Positions 1 to 12,844 of a DNA stretch of 20,000 nucleotides are shown in pieces; within the stretch, counting starts at the first letter, position 1, and every line of letters begins with the position of its first letter. Location: contig JAUGWO010000091.1 of the NCBI GenBank assembly GCA_049724395.1, positions 302,567 to 322,566 of the forward strand. Direction: 5' to 3'. The notes under the pieces are model-generated. The model did not search any database. It had not been told where the DNA came from and saw only the letters and a program-made list of their open reading frames with translations. Origin of the DNA: Spongospora subterranea f. sp. subterranea. Its lineage: Eukaryota. The position numbers were made by a program, and so were the translations under genes.

Positions 1-37
1 ATATCACGCTTTTTAAGCTAATTATGCACTTTTTTAG

Positions 38-2261
38 GCGAGTCCGCGCTGGATAACGAGCTCGTCTATGCCATGGCTCATTCTGAGGATTTAACGCCTC
101 TTGAAGAGTTCCTCTCAACTCCTCACATTGCCAAACTCGAGTCCATTGGCGATCGCCTCTTTGATGAAGGTAGTTGCTCGCTCCTGTGCTTTCCTATGTA
201 GTGACGAAGTTGTTTTTTAAATCCACCTTCTTCAGGTCTTTACTTTGCCAGCTCTCACCATCTACAATCACCTGAATATTTACGCGAAGCTGGCGCTTTG
301 CTACGTTCATCTTCACCAGTTTCAGGCTGCAGTTGACGCTGCGCGCAAAGCCAACTCCATTCCAACTTGGAAAGCAATTTGTTATGCCTGCGTGGACGCT
401 CTTGAATTTCGTCTTGCGCAAGCCTGCGGTTCGTCATCACGTTCTGAAAGTTTTATTTACTAAAGGCCGATTCGATTTGCTATAGGTGTCCATATCATTG
501 TGTTTATGGACCATCTCAGCGACTTGATTCATCATTACGAGGTTGGGTGTCACTTTGAACAGGCAATTGCGCTGTTAGAGCAAGGTTAGTACATTCTCCT
601 TTTTTGTTCTTTCTTGTTTTTGTGTTGGACACACATTTCATGTTCATTTTGCGCTTTTACCGTATCTTTTATCGACGTTGTATATGCTCAGGTATTAACC
701 TCGACCGAGCTCATCAGGGTATCTTCACAACCCTGGGTCTGCTTTACGCCAAATACAAATCCGAAAAACTAATGGAGCACGTCAAACTCTTCTGGTCCCG
801 CTTAAACATTCCAACGCTTCTAGGTGGTTGCCTGACTAACAGGCATTACGTCGAGGCCGTGTTTTTGTATTGTCACTATGATCAGTACGATAATGGTGTC
901 GATGTTCTCATAGAGCATTCCCCCTCTTGTTGGCAACATGATCTTTTCAAACAAACTATTATTCAGTGCACCAATACTGAAGGTAACCGTTTTCTCTATT
1001 TTACTATCAAACAAGCCCTAACTATCACATTCGCAATTCTTCTCCAGTTTTTTATCGTGCTGTAACCTTCTATCTTCGAGAGCATCCTTTATTGCTAAAT
1101 GATCTTCTGATTGAGATCTCGTCCAAGCTCGACCATACCCGAGTTGTTCGTTTGCTTCGTCAAGAAGAGGCTCTTCCGCTTTGTTTAAAATACTTACTGT
1201 TTGTTCAAAAAGACAACATTGTTGCTGTTAATGAAGCCGTTAATCAACTGTAAGATTACTTCTGTTCTGATGAATGCTCCTTTTTCAAGCGTTCAACCGT
1301 GTCCAGTTTTGGTGATTATGTCTTTTGGCTTTCAGGTTTGTCGGACTCAGAAGATTATAAAGCATTGAGAGAGTCGATTGAAGGACACGACGCATTCGAT
1401 CAGATCACTCTTGCACAGAAGCTTGAGACTCATTCACTTTTAGAAATGCGACGGATTTCCTCGTACCTATATAAGGTCAACAAGCGCTATGAGGTAACGC
1501 ACTCTGTTTTCATATAATGACTTCGAACTCATTGAGCACATATCGCAGGTTGCTATCGGTATTGCAAAAAAAGATGTTTTATACGAGGATGTCATTTCCA
1601 CTGCCGCGGTTTCCAAAGACACTGTCATTGCCGAAGAACTCGTCCGGTTTTTCGTCGAAAAGAAAGAAATAGCTTGCTTTTCGGTAAACCTCTGTACACA
1701 TATTTTGTTGATATCCCACGTCAACCTTTTATACCGATCGGCCATTTTTTCTTCAGTTTTTAGCGACTCAACAATTTTTTTAAATTCTTGAAAATCGGGC
1801 GTTTTTGACCCTCAACTTTTGACGTCTGCTCTCTGTTTGTATAGGCAATGCTCTATTCTTGTTACAGTCAAATCCGAGCCGACGTTGTTCTTGAGCTAGC
1901 CTGGCGACACAACATCGTTGACAATGTTATGCCTTTTATGATCCAGACATTCCGCGAATATGACGACAAACTCAACGATATCGCCGGTAAGCTTGAGGCC
2001 CAATCCAAGGCCGAAAAGGAGGCCGTCAACGAGGAGAAAAAGAAACAAGAGCAGGAGTCAAGCAAGGCGGCACAATTCATCGGCATTCCCAGCTTCGCGG
2101 GACCAGCGGCTCCGCTTGCCATCATGCCGCCCATGGCCTATGGCAGCAATGGTTCTCCTATGATGTATCCGGGCCATGGAGGCCCCGTCATGAACGGGCA
2201 GATGCCTGGTGGTTATGGGGCCATGCCTCCGCCCAACCAGTTTGCCCAACCCCATTACTGA
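38..2261 (+). CDS. CHC1: Clathrin heavy chain, 3' portion (8 exons in window; gene begins upstream)
   Basis: Exons read by eye with GT-AG introns: 38-169, 236-428, 486-584, 692-982, 1048-1249, 1336-1493, 1549-1683, 1845-2261. The translation has clathrin motifs [76 protein letters not shown]...[22 protein letters not shown] and [12 protein letters not shown]...MPF.IQ, then a Pro/Gly/Met-rich tail. Two 1-nt frame discrepancies at ~244 and ~1343. Confidence 0.97.
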
Positions 2262-2580
2262 ACATAAATCTGTCGGCGATTATAAATGTCATTGACCTTT
2301 CTATTAACAACATGTATGGAACCCTTGTGTTCACGTTTTTTTCCACTTCAGACAATGCGAAATCAAATTTCGCATCAAAAATGACAATTGTTGCTGACGA
2401 ACAATCTGCGTTGCTGTCTGCTTTACCTGTTTTCTGAGAAAGGTATGCCACGACGCCGTAGTGTGAGTAGCGACACCTTTATTTATCAAGAATCCCACAA
2501 ATATCTTCAAAGACGAGACCAACATTAACCACACACAACAACAATCTGACTGTCGTGATGCCAACAATCTTGTACGGTAG

Positions 2581-3152
2581 TTGTCCCACGGTTTCAATAG
2601 CGGACGTCGTTGCCGTCTATCCAGTTGTCCCACGGTTTCAATAGCGGACGTCGTTGCCGTCTATCCAGTTGTCCCACGGTTTCAATAGCGGACGTCGTTG
2701 CCGTCTATCCAGTTGTCCCACGGTTTCAATAGCGGACGTCGTTGCCGTCTATCCAGTTGTCCCACGGTTTCAATAGCGGACGTCGTTGCCGTCTATCCAG
2801 TTGTCTCACGGTTTCAATAGCGGACGTCGTTGCCGTCTATCCAGTTGTCTCACGGTTTCAATAGCGGACGTCGTTGCCGTCTATCCAGTTGTCCCACGGT
2901 TTCAATAGCGGACGTCGTTGCCGTCTATCCAGTTGTCTCACGGTTTCAATAGCGGACGTCGTTGCCGTCTATCCAGTTGTCTCACGGTTTCAATAGCGGA
3001 CGTCGTTGCCGTCTATCCAGTTGTCTCACGGTTTCAATAGCGGACGTCGTTGCCGTCTATCCAGTTGTCTCACGGTTTCAATAGCGGACGTCATTGCCGT
3101 CTATCCAGTTGTCCCACGGTTGCAATAGCGGACGTCGTTGCCGTCTATTCAA
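2581..3152. repeat. Tandem minisatellite, 13 copies of a 44-bp unit
   Basis: Unit TTGTC(C/T)CACGGTTTCAATAGCGGACGTCGTTGCCGTCTATCCAG starts at 2581, 2625, 2669 ... 3109. Head-to-tail with no spacers; only a C/T variant plus a few substitutions in the last two copies. Confidence 0.98.
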
Positions 3153-3399
3153 TTAGGCTGAGATTTACGTCTAGAATGTGTCTCACAGGAGATTTGTTAT
3201 TGATAGTCCCAATTTTCCTATAGCGCGCACTGCTCTGTTGTCCTGATCATATATTGGCGACTGTCGCCCTGTCCAATAGAAAATTATGCTGTATTGCTTT
3301 GATTTTTAGTAAATCCTTCGAGTGGTTGCCATTGAATCAATCACAAAACTCTCAAGCTCTGATTTTCTCGTATTTGCAGACAGTCTTGCCAGTGGTTTT

Positions 3400-5230
3400 G
3401 CAATCCCTGGATGGACTAAATTTACGAAACCTCAAACAATCCCGAGCATGCAACAAAGGAAAACATTATTGTCAGTTGGTGTCTACTGAAAAGTTCGAGA
3501 AATCTTCCTTACCTGGACCTGAATTGACCCAATCTCGTTCTCAGCGATGTTCGGCTGGCTGTTAATAATTTATCTTTTGCGGTGTCTGCCACTGTTGACG
3601 ATGGCGCTGATTTTTCAGTAAATGGGTTGTAAATAACTACTCTGCGGTTTTTAAGATTTCGCCATTAGTCAAAAACCTGTGCACGTTAGTGTTGCAACTG
3701 ATGATGAAGCGACGTGTTCACGCTGTGTGGTTTTTGATGTTACACTGCCGGAAATGTCATTGTTCGACGCCATCGGATCTACATTGCGGATATTCCCATG
3801 TCTGAAGTTCTGCTGGGCCGACCTTTCTTGCTCCGTTTAGGCATCGATGTTGAATCTTAAATTTGTCTCATAGCTGGAAAAAAATCGTTAGGTGATTGTG
3901 GTTTTAATTCAGCAAATTCGTTGACCATGTATCGGATAACGCTCCTTCTTACGATTCCAACTCATCTGGTGATATTCGTACTGCTTTACATGATCGTCTT
4001 CAAGATTGTATTCGAAATATGCTCCGCCGTTTTTTATTTTACTCTTGATCTTTTGTTATCTGAAATTGTTGACATATTTCGTATATCATATGTCTTTGGA
4101 TTTACCAGTTAAGGTTACTCCTTTGATTTTCAAGCAATTACCTTGTACCGTCCCTGATGTGGCCAATTCTCATATCATGTCGGCTGTGGCCAGGGACTAT
4201 AAGCGAGGATGGGTTGCTGAACTCGAAAAATGTGAGCCCATATATTTTAATCGTAATCCTACTTGGGCTCTACCGGCTTTTGTTGTTGACTCGTTGAAAA
4301 ACCTCGGATGGTGATTGAGATGGTTCCTGCCAATCAGACCATGGTAAAATATTATTTTCCCAATGCCTCCTTTACATACTTTAGGATGTAATTTAAAAGG
4401 TTCTTTTGTCTATTTTTACGCTTGATTGCTTCAAAGATTATTGACAATTCCCTGTTACTGGTGATCTTGATTGGCAAAGTTTTGTTACTCCCTTTAGTGT
4501 CTTTGATCCTAGTCGAACCTGCCAAGGCAATTGTAATGGTGTTTTCGCGTTTCGATGTGGTATGCATGAGATATTTGAAGATTTTAATTCCTAATAAGCT
4601 CCTAGTATGGCTGGATGACGTATTAAGGTTTTATGATTCTCCCGAAAAAAAATGGTGGCGCTATTAAGAGAGGTGTTTGCTCTCTGCCGAGATTTCAATC
4701 TGAAACTGAGCGCCTCAAAATGCTGTTTTTGTAAATCTGAAGCTTTCTAGTGTGGGAATATCTTCTCGCCCTATGGAATTTTGCCTGACCCCCATCGAAT
4801 CCAAGCTTTACCAAACTTTCCCGTCTCTTCAACTGCTGATGAGAACTAATGCGGTTCATATGCGCGGCTACATGGTTAGCCTCCTCAATTCCTGATTTTG
4901 CCAAGAAAGCTGCCCGGATGCGTCAGCTTCTTGAAGAGTGCTTGTCCAATGCTCCTGTTAGATCTAACTCCAATGTCGTTGACTACGTGTTAGTTTTGAT
5001 TGTTTAGGAAAAGCAACGAATAGGTTGCAAGTTCGCTGGTCTGGCCCCTTCAAATTTCGGCCGTTAAGTTTGAATATGTTTTCACTGTCAAGGATTAGTT
5101 GTCTGATAAGTCGTTTCATTGCCATTACTCCCGTCTTCGTTTTTATTCTGATTCGCAGTTGAATGTTACTGAAGAGATACTCAAGCAATCTGCCACCGGT
5201 TTCGAAATCGATGATGTTCTTGCTACTAAT
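3400..5230 (+). mobile_element. Degenerate Ty3/Gypsy LTR-retrotransposon pol remnant (protease, RT, integrase C-terminus); boundaries approximate
   Basis: Motifs in order across frameshifts and stops: aspartic protease ATVDDGADFS (~3590) and EVLLGRPFLLRLGIDV (~3805); linker SEIVDIFRI (~4060); RT ELEKCEPIYFN...WALPAFVV, LDCFKDY*QFP (~4420) and LVWLDDVL (~4602); thumb ELMRFICAATWLASSIPDFAK (~4843); GPY/F NRLQVRWSGPFK (~5020); HYSRLRFYSDSQLNVTEEI (~5123). No paired LTRs found. Confidence 0.88.
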
Positions 5231-5668
5231 TCGCCCAACAAAGGATGCTACATTCTTTGAATGAAAAAGTGCAGATAGAGACCAGTTCTACAAAATGACG
5301 GGAACTTAGCCGAATTACAAACTCAGAATGTGTGACAATGAATTCGATCTATAGGGAACAATGGGAACCCTAAGCATTTGATTTAATTCAAAAATTATGA
5401 ATATTTATCTCGATTCACGGAACAGATAGGCTTTCGTGTATTAGATGAAATTTTAGATGCATCTGAGGATGATGTCCATGCTAGAATATCGTCGCAATCG
5501 CCGTCAGCTACCCGACAAATATCCCGATGACACCATTTGAGACCAAGGTAGGACGATATCCCTTGTGAGTGAGCTGCTGGACCATGACAGTGTCCGTTAC
5601 GCATTGCGCCAGGCATCGACCGTAGCTGATTTGGCCTTGATCGTATAGGACCGTTGGATCCTGATACC

Positions 5669-8600
5669 ATGCAGGAAGGAGGGGGCAAGCGCCCTCGTTC
5701 CGAGGCCCAGGATACAAATGTCGCCGGTGTTCCAGCGGTATCAAATGATTGATCATTGTGCAATTTGGCTCCGCCGCCAATATACTATCACCTTCTCATT
5801 GTGTTCATTGCGTTTAGGATATCACAGATCCAGAGTCTCTGTTACGATATCAAAATAAGAAACAGTCGCAACTGTTACGTGAGAGGGCTCGCACTATTAA
5901 CACATTACAGGATCAGGTAATATCATCGTCTGGGGATCATATTCCTATCGACACCCGTATTGGATACCAGATTCAACCATGGACTCCAGGTGGCAGCATT
6001 GCACAAAGCGGAGGCTTCGGCTTTGTCGCAGCTGAAGCATTGTGCCTCATCATGGGTTAATTTGCAAGCAAATTTGACGGCATTGCTGCGACGATGCGTA
6101 GACGCCGCATCGCTTGATTCAACTTTCGACGGTTCCAAACTATTCCAATCTTTAACGCAAGGTGGGAAATTGTTTTCGACATACGATCTTGTCTGTTGTT
6201 GGCATATTGCTAATGTGACGCTGTTACAGGCACTATTGATGATCAATCACAAGATTCGATATCGTTATTGAGGATTTTATGTAACGCTCTGTCGTCACAA
6301 GAGCAAAAAATTCAGGTCTGGTTGAGCTCTCGTACGTAACATATTATTCCTCACCGCTGGCGTGCACATTTATATATAGTCGCTGGTGCAATCCGCTGGT
6401 TCCAGCGACACACTTGATTCTGCCATCCGCAGTATCGTTCAACAACAACAAGAAAAGATTCAGCAACTGGAAATCACCGTAAATGGGTTGGATGGGACAG
6501 AGGTATAATGTTTTGTTTATCAAATTTTTGATTGTTTGTATCCACTCTTGGTGAATCGATGTAGGCGGCGTTAACCAAAGAGCGAATACTTGTGAATGAT
6601 GCAAACAGACGCATTTTGTCACTTGAGGCCGAACTAGACGAGAAGTCCTCATTGTTACGGGAAGCGCTAAAGCATATTGATCGCTTAGATCTTACACCAT
6701 CTGTATGGTCTCTATTTATGTTGTCCCAGAAAATATTCTGCACTTTTGTTTGGTTTAAATTCGACTGAATATTTTATGCCATTGATCATCGTGTCGCTTT
6801 TTATTTTCGCTATAAAATGTTATTTCAGAATTCCTGCTTGCGCGCGCATTGATTCTCTGTTCAGGCAGACAACAATGGGTTACTGTCTGTCAACAGCCCC
6901 CAGCTATCCGATAAGACCAGTGACGTTGCCACCTCTGTGGAATCCACCACAGTGGCGAATGCGGTTGACGCTGCTGTAATTGCCGACCTTCAGCGTACAG
7001 AGCATTCAATTTCCGGATGTTTTTTCAGTTTTCTTTGTGTCTTCAGTTTGCGTATTTTCAATTCAATAAGGTGATTATTTTGATTATTTTGTTGTTTTTA
7101 GAAAAGCTTGCGGCAGCGTCTGAGATTTGCGATATGCGCATGCAGACGGAAACTTCGTTACAGGAACGTTACGATAAGGTTTGTCAACTTTGTTGGTATC
7201 ACGTTTCTGTACCTTTGTAATTTACCAATTGATTGCGCAGCTGTACCACACTTTGCAAGATCATGAAGCAGCCTCAATTGCGTCCAATGGTCGAGCCATC
7301 CAGGCCGAACTAGCAAAGGATGTCGCACTACGACAGGTAATGTGATCAAATACCGCTCGATTTTGTTACCATTTTTTCGTCCGACCGGTTCATGGTTCTG
7401 CAACATCGGATTATGTTTACTCATTTGGAGACATCTCCATGCTATTTTTAACTCAGGCAAACGCAATTGAATTTATCAAGCTTTTTTGCTGTTTCAATAC
7501 AGATTACCGATTTAAAGGCAGAACTTCTTGGCGTCAAAGCCGCAGCAGCTGATGCGGAAGCCACTTTCCAGTCGACGCTGGAGGCCCGGTCGGTTCTTCA
7601 TTCTCAGCAGTTGTGCGCACTCCAAGCTGAAGCTACCTCCGCTCGACAATCTCTTGTTGAGTTAGAATCCGCTGCTCAGCGAGCGTCCGCTCAGGCTTCA
7701 ATTGATACTGAATCATGCAAAACAAAATTATCGCGGTATGTTTACCCAGTTTTTGCTGTTTTTTGAGGTCAATCAAGTTTCATTTGATTGCTTCGGCATT
7801 TTGCGGATTTACGAATACTTTGTAATGACGCTTTGTCTTTGTAGATTGACGGAGCTTGAAGCCCTTTGCTCTAATTTGGGTCTAGAGTTACAGCGTCGAA
7901 GCAAATCGCATAGCGGCCCATCCGCCACTGAAGTTGATCCAGTAATTCGGAACATGTCATAAATATCGACCGCACTTTGTTGTTTTTTGCTTTTTTAGTT
8001 TTTTTCGACTTTCAACTTCAAAAATGTTTTCATACAGATGCTGGCTCTGCCATTCGTTGATCGAAGTCTCTCGATTTGACTTTGATCTCTTGCGCTTCAG
8101 GATGATTTGAATGCCGCCTTAATGTCAGAGCTTGATGAAATGGCGCATCAGTACGACGAATTGAGTGAAATGAACGCTCGTTTGCAGACTCAGATGCACA
8201 GCGTTGAAGATTGCAATACACAGCTCGGTAGGGAGGGATTTTTTTAGCCCATTGCGGTCCTCATATTGATTTTGATGTAGTGGCTGCTGCTACACGTCTA
8301 CAACAAACTGTTGAGCGGGATCAGATTGAAAAACGATTGCTTCTTGAAAAAGAATCTAAACTCAGTATGTGTCATTAGGACCAAATTTATTTATCAATCT
8401 GTCGTCATACTTGTGGAATTTTCATTTCAAAGGCAATGTATTTTTTCCTTGAGACGTATAAGTTGTCTTGCTTCATTTTTTTTTCTCAATTCCGAAGTCT
8501 CCAACCTTTTTACTTGCATTCCTTTTTGTATGCAGGTCATTGACAAATTCGGTTTCTGATGTTTTTTTGTGGATTCTGTAGAAGGTGCGCTGGCCCTTCA

Positions 8601-9628
8601 TGCGGATTCTGAGGCCGCTCTGGTCGCTCAGGTTCAGGTTCAGATCCAAGTTTCTGGTAGATTGCAGGAGATGCTACAAACGATTACAGCTGTCCAAGAG
8701 GAGCACAAAGAGATCGCTGTCCAAAGCGCAGCAAAAGTAGGTCCTATGCCAAGTCTTTAGTCCATTTGCCCAGCTAAGTTGTCTAGAATGTTTCTTTTTC
8801 CTTTCGGTTGCATTGCTGTTTGTTCTCCTTCAGAGTTTTTGCTGCAATTGATGATCGGATTATATTTTGTTACTAGCTGATCATCGCACCTATTCATGTC
8901 TGGGATTCATTGAATCATCACATTGTTTGCACGTTTATTTGGTTTACATTGTGGGCGGAAGCCCAATCGTAGGGCGGTTCCCGTTGTCCACTGCTTGAGC
9001 GAAGCCATCTCGCCAGATTGTTTTGGCATTTCTTAGGCTCATGCTCGTTGGTTTTGATGCTGTCACATAGGTTCTGGAACTTCAAGATACATATCAAAAT
9101 GCGGCAGCTGCAATGGAGTCACGTTTACGTATCGCAGATTCACGTCTCACAATGTTGAACCAGGCTGAGAAACAATGCCGACGTTCTGAGGAAAGGGTGA
9201 GTTTCCCCTGTGTTCTTACGTTGATGCTTTACCGTGATTTATATTTAATGTTTGGGTGCCAAAATTCTGTTCATTATTGCACAATTCATCCCAAAGTTGC
9301 ATGGATTTGACTTTTTGTTTGAGTTTAGGCTATGATCCTGCAACGGCAAATGGACAAATACGTTGCTGATCATGGTCTGGGAGGATCAGACGTGGCTTTA
9401 GAGCGAGAGCTCGAGCAGTTTAAGCGCATTGTGAAGTGCAGTGTTTGCAAAGACACGTTCAAATCTGTGGTAATCACTAAGTGCTTTCATGTTTTTTGCC
9501 GGTCCTGTATCGACACCAGGATCAAGAACCGCGATCGAAGATGCCCTGCCTGCAGTAAACCATTCGGACAAGATGACGTCCATAATATATATTTTTACAC
9601 ATTAACTCATTTATCAACCTTTGGCTGA
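5669..9628 (+). CDS. BRE1: E3 ubiquitin ligase BRE1/RNF20-40-like (histone H2B monoubiquitination), multi-exon
   Basis: The last exon (9329-9628) encodes a C-terminal C3HC4 RING typical of BRE1: CSVCKDTFKSVVITKCFHVFCRSCIDTRIKNRDRRCPACSKPFGQDDVHNIYF. Probable first exon 5669-5726 is MQEGGGKRPR...; exon 5828-5916 is DPESLLRYQNKKQSQLL, resembling the BRE1 N-terminal LxxQNxKL motif. Many coiled-coil-like exons with GT-AG introns lie between (e.g. 5990-6161, ~7503-7735, ~9071-9196). The start and some internal exon boundaries are uncertain. Confidence 0.88.
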
Positions 9629-10735
9629 AGAATTAACCGAAACATAACCTGTTTTAGGGACGATTGTGTTCGGCATTTAACAGCATTGCGTAAATTTACC
9701 GACGAAAATCGCCTTGAGAATCAATGCCAAGCATCAACGTTCAATGTCCAAAATGAAAGCGCTAGAATATCCACTACAATTCTTGATAACAATATATCGA
9801 AAAGGGCAAATATACTTTTAATGACGCAAACGTCGAAATAAACAGTGAGCAAAATCCAAACTGTAACACACTTTTCATGATCGGCAGATTTTAAAATCAG
9901 CACTATCAACAACAGATGGAATATTGGCGGCTAGCAAATGCAATGTTTGATTAGCAAATGCAATGGTTGAAAATTCGCATTTTTTTGAATAATAACACCA
10001 GATATTGAATAGCCAAGGCATAAGCACGATTTGCACATCCAAGAAATGATCATTTGTATACGTAGTCAGCGGCCAGATACAACTACAAAAAAACACATAC
10101 CAAATTGGTCCACACTGAAGGAAATGTGTTCCCTCTGTCATCAACTTTTACAAAATTGTCTTTCAAGCTAAGGGCTCCCATCTTGAGTCAAAAAACCAGT
10201 CAGTTGATGCACGCTCTCGCTGCCTCACGTTCTCATACCGAATTTAAGATTGTTTTGGTAGCTGACAAATTAAACAAATTTCAATCGTCGGACGTTTCAA
10301 ACCATGAGAAGACCTGGTTGGTGGAACAAAGATTCACTTGGACAAAACTTCAGTTGCAGTTCACTCTTTATATTGTTTCGAACCACTACTTGAGATCATT
10401 GGCTAACATTGTGCTCTTCTCATTGAGCGCAAAATGCGAGGGGCTCCATAATCGATTCTACACATTTCTATCATTCAAACTCGATGATATTGTTGTTAAC
10501 ACATCATCATTGGGTTTGGTCATGAAACTTTATGGAAAATCACATATTTTTGTCCGAGACAGCAAGATGAAAGTCCGTGACGGACCTTGAGTCGACCGTG
10601 ATCGTTGGTCAACGACTCTTGAACGCGAAAGTCGTAAGCTTCGTTAGAAAACTGAGATGGTCTTGCACAGTAAGACTGTTTTTAGCCAAAAAAAAACAAT
10701 GTCACTTACTGAATATTATAGAGCCAATCTTCAAA

Positions 10736-12044
10736 ATGAATAGAAAAAGTGGTAAGAATGGAACTCTTTCTAGGAAATCATCAAAAGACCCTGGTGTTCC
10801 CAACCTTTCACAATTCAAAGCCGGCATGTGCCGACAGCTGTTGAAAAAGCAAAATCAAATGGCGCATGAAGCAGAGAAATGGCAACAGCTTCGCGATGAG
10901 CAGTCCGAGCAGCGTCGTTTGATGATCAGTAAAGCCACAGACAACAACCGGATTGAGATCAGTGATGATAACGCCTGTTCGGAAGCCGGTTCAATGGGAT
11001 CACGTTCGTGGTATTTCAAAGAGTTGAGGCGTGTAGTTGATACGGCTGATGTTCTGCTGATTGTATTGGACGCACGCGACCCAATGGGTTGCCGTTCTAT
11101 TCAACTCGAACACAAGATTATGGATGGGCAATTATCCGGACCCTCGGCCATATCAAAACGAATCGTTTTTATTCTGAACAAAATTGGTCAGTTCAACGTA
11201 TATTTTGTCTTCACGTTGCTGATTACTTTTCAAATCATGTTCGTTGATAACACACGTTGCTAATGGGCATATCGTTGTTTCAGATTTAGTGCCTCGTGAA
11301 GTTGCAGATGGCTGGTTGAAATATTTACGGAAATCGTTCCCTACGGTGGCGTTCAAAGCGTCAACACAGAAACAGAGGTCGAACCTGACCCTGGGAAAAG
11401 GCAAGGCGGAATCTGCATCTGATGCGTCTATTGATGGGAGTGGGTGCGTCGGGGCGGATCAGCTTCTGCAACTCCTCAAGAACTATTCTCGCAACCGTAA
11501 TATCAAGACGGCGCTTTCGGTTGGACTTATTGGATACCCGAATACCGGGAAAAGCTCCATAATTAACAGTTTAAAGAGATGTCGGGCTGTTCACGCTGGC
11601 TCCACACCTGGCCTGACAAAATCAGTGCAAGAGGTTCATCTCGACGGGAAGATTCGGCTTTTGGATTCTCCTGGAGTCTTGTTCAACGACGACGAATCAA
11701 ATGTTCTTCGTAATGCAATCAGGATCGAATCCATTGAAGATCCCTGTAGCGTCGTGGCCTCTGTGTTAGATCGTGTTCCTTCCGATCAGCTCAGGAGTCT
11801 GTATGGGATCGGCACATTCACGAACGCATCAGAATTTCTCTTTCGTGTGGCTCATGCTCGTGGGAAACTGAAACGCGGTGGTATTCCAGATTTGGAAGGG
11901 ACTGCTCGTATTGTGCTGTACGACTGGAACGATGGCCGGATACAATTCTGGGCTGAACCTCCTGTGGACGTAGACGATATCGTCAACTGTGAAAGACCTC
12001 AAATTGTCGACCAATTCTCGAAGTCCTTCGTGTGCACCGATTAA
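10736..12044 (+). CDS. NUG1: Nucleolar circularly permuted GTPase, nucleostemin/GNL3/NUG1 family (2 exons: 10736-11186, 11284-12044)
   Basis: KDPGVPNL..FK N-terminal motif; YFKELRRVVDTADVLLIVLDARDPMGCR. G4 NKID is rebuilt across the 97-bp GT-AG intron 11187-11283, followed by G1 GYPNTGKSS, G2 GSTPGLT and G3 DSPG in permuted order. C-terminal ARGKLKRGGIPDL...DWNDGRI. The start ATG is a best guess. Confidence 0.94.
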
Positions 12045-12844
12045 TAAAGCGATTTGTAAATTGGGCTTAAACTGGATTCAGGTCAGAACGAGTCTAGAAA
12101 ATATCCAGTCAACTTCTACACAGAACTGGATGTGAAACTGGAACATCTGATAAAGACGTTACTCATTTCTAAACCAGTTTCATTTTACTCAAAACGACAT
12201 CCGGTCCAAGTTATAAGCGATTACACAAATATCCAGAAAAGGTACTCTACTCGTTGTAAGTTTTTATGGTACGTAGAAGCTAGTTTCGTCGTGCTCACTG
12301 ATTGTACAAGCAACGCGGACCGTTTTGTTCGGTTTCAGGGTGGCAGAACAACGAAAATCATCCTAGTGGTTCATGATCGTTTTTCTTATCATTTCATATG
12401 CTTTGTCCACACATTCGCAAAATCATAATTGACGCAAACGTTGCCCCTTTGCTGTGCATGCATTTTTCGACTTCATTCTGATTCCGATACCCTTATAAAT
12501 GGAGAATATTTTTAGGAGATTGTGAATTTTGGATCATTCATTGTTCCCAGCCTCAATTATTTGATCACAGGATGTGCGTCATAACGTGTTTTGAAGCAAT
12601 GTACATCACGACTATCTAGTTCGTTTGGGCCTCTTCCTGTCAAAGCTTTCGTCATTATTCTTAACCGCCAGTTTGGGTGCAGGATATAGATTTACGTTCG
12701 ATTTCTTGTTCTGCACTTGAAACCCTTGAACCATCTTGGGCCATCTGAAGATTGGCTCTTGTGTACACCGCGGAAACATTGGGGAAACGTTTTGACTGAT
12801 TTTGATGAAATATGAACCTCCCCAGATCGCTCTGACTTCTTCTT

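Noticed and set aside
604..1065. Stand-alone 153-aa protein with hydrophobic ends
   Set aside because: It is clathrin exon 692-982 with read-through into the flanking T-rich introns.
2581..3152. CRISPR array
   Set aside because: Units are contiguous with no unique spacers, there are no cas genes, and the context is eukaryotic.
5230..5400. 3' LTR of the old Gypsy remnant
   Set aside because: No PPT and no match to the sequence upstream of the remnant could be seen.
9700..10590. ORFs 10105-10590 (+), 9875-10144 (-) and 9721-9912 (-) as genes
   Set aside because: No recognisable motifs or consistent exon structure. It could be decayed coding DNA, but I cannot support a call.
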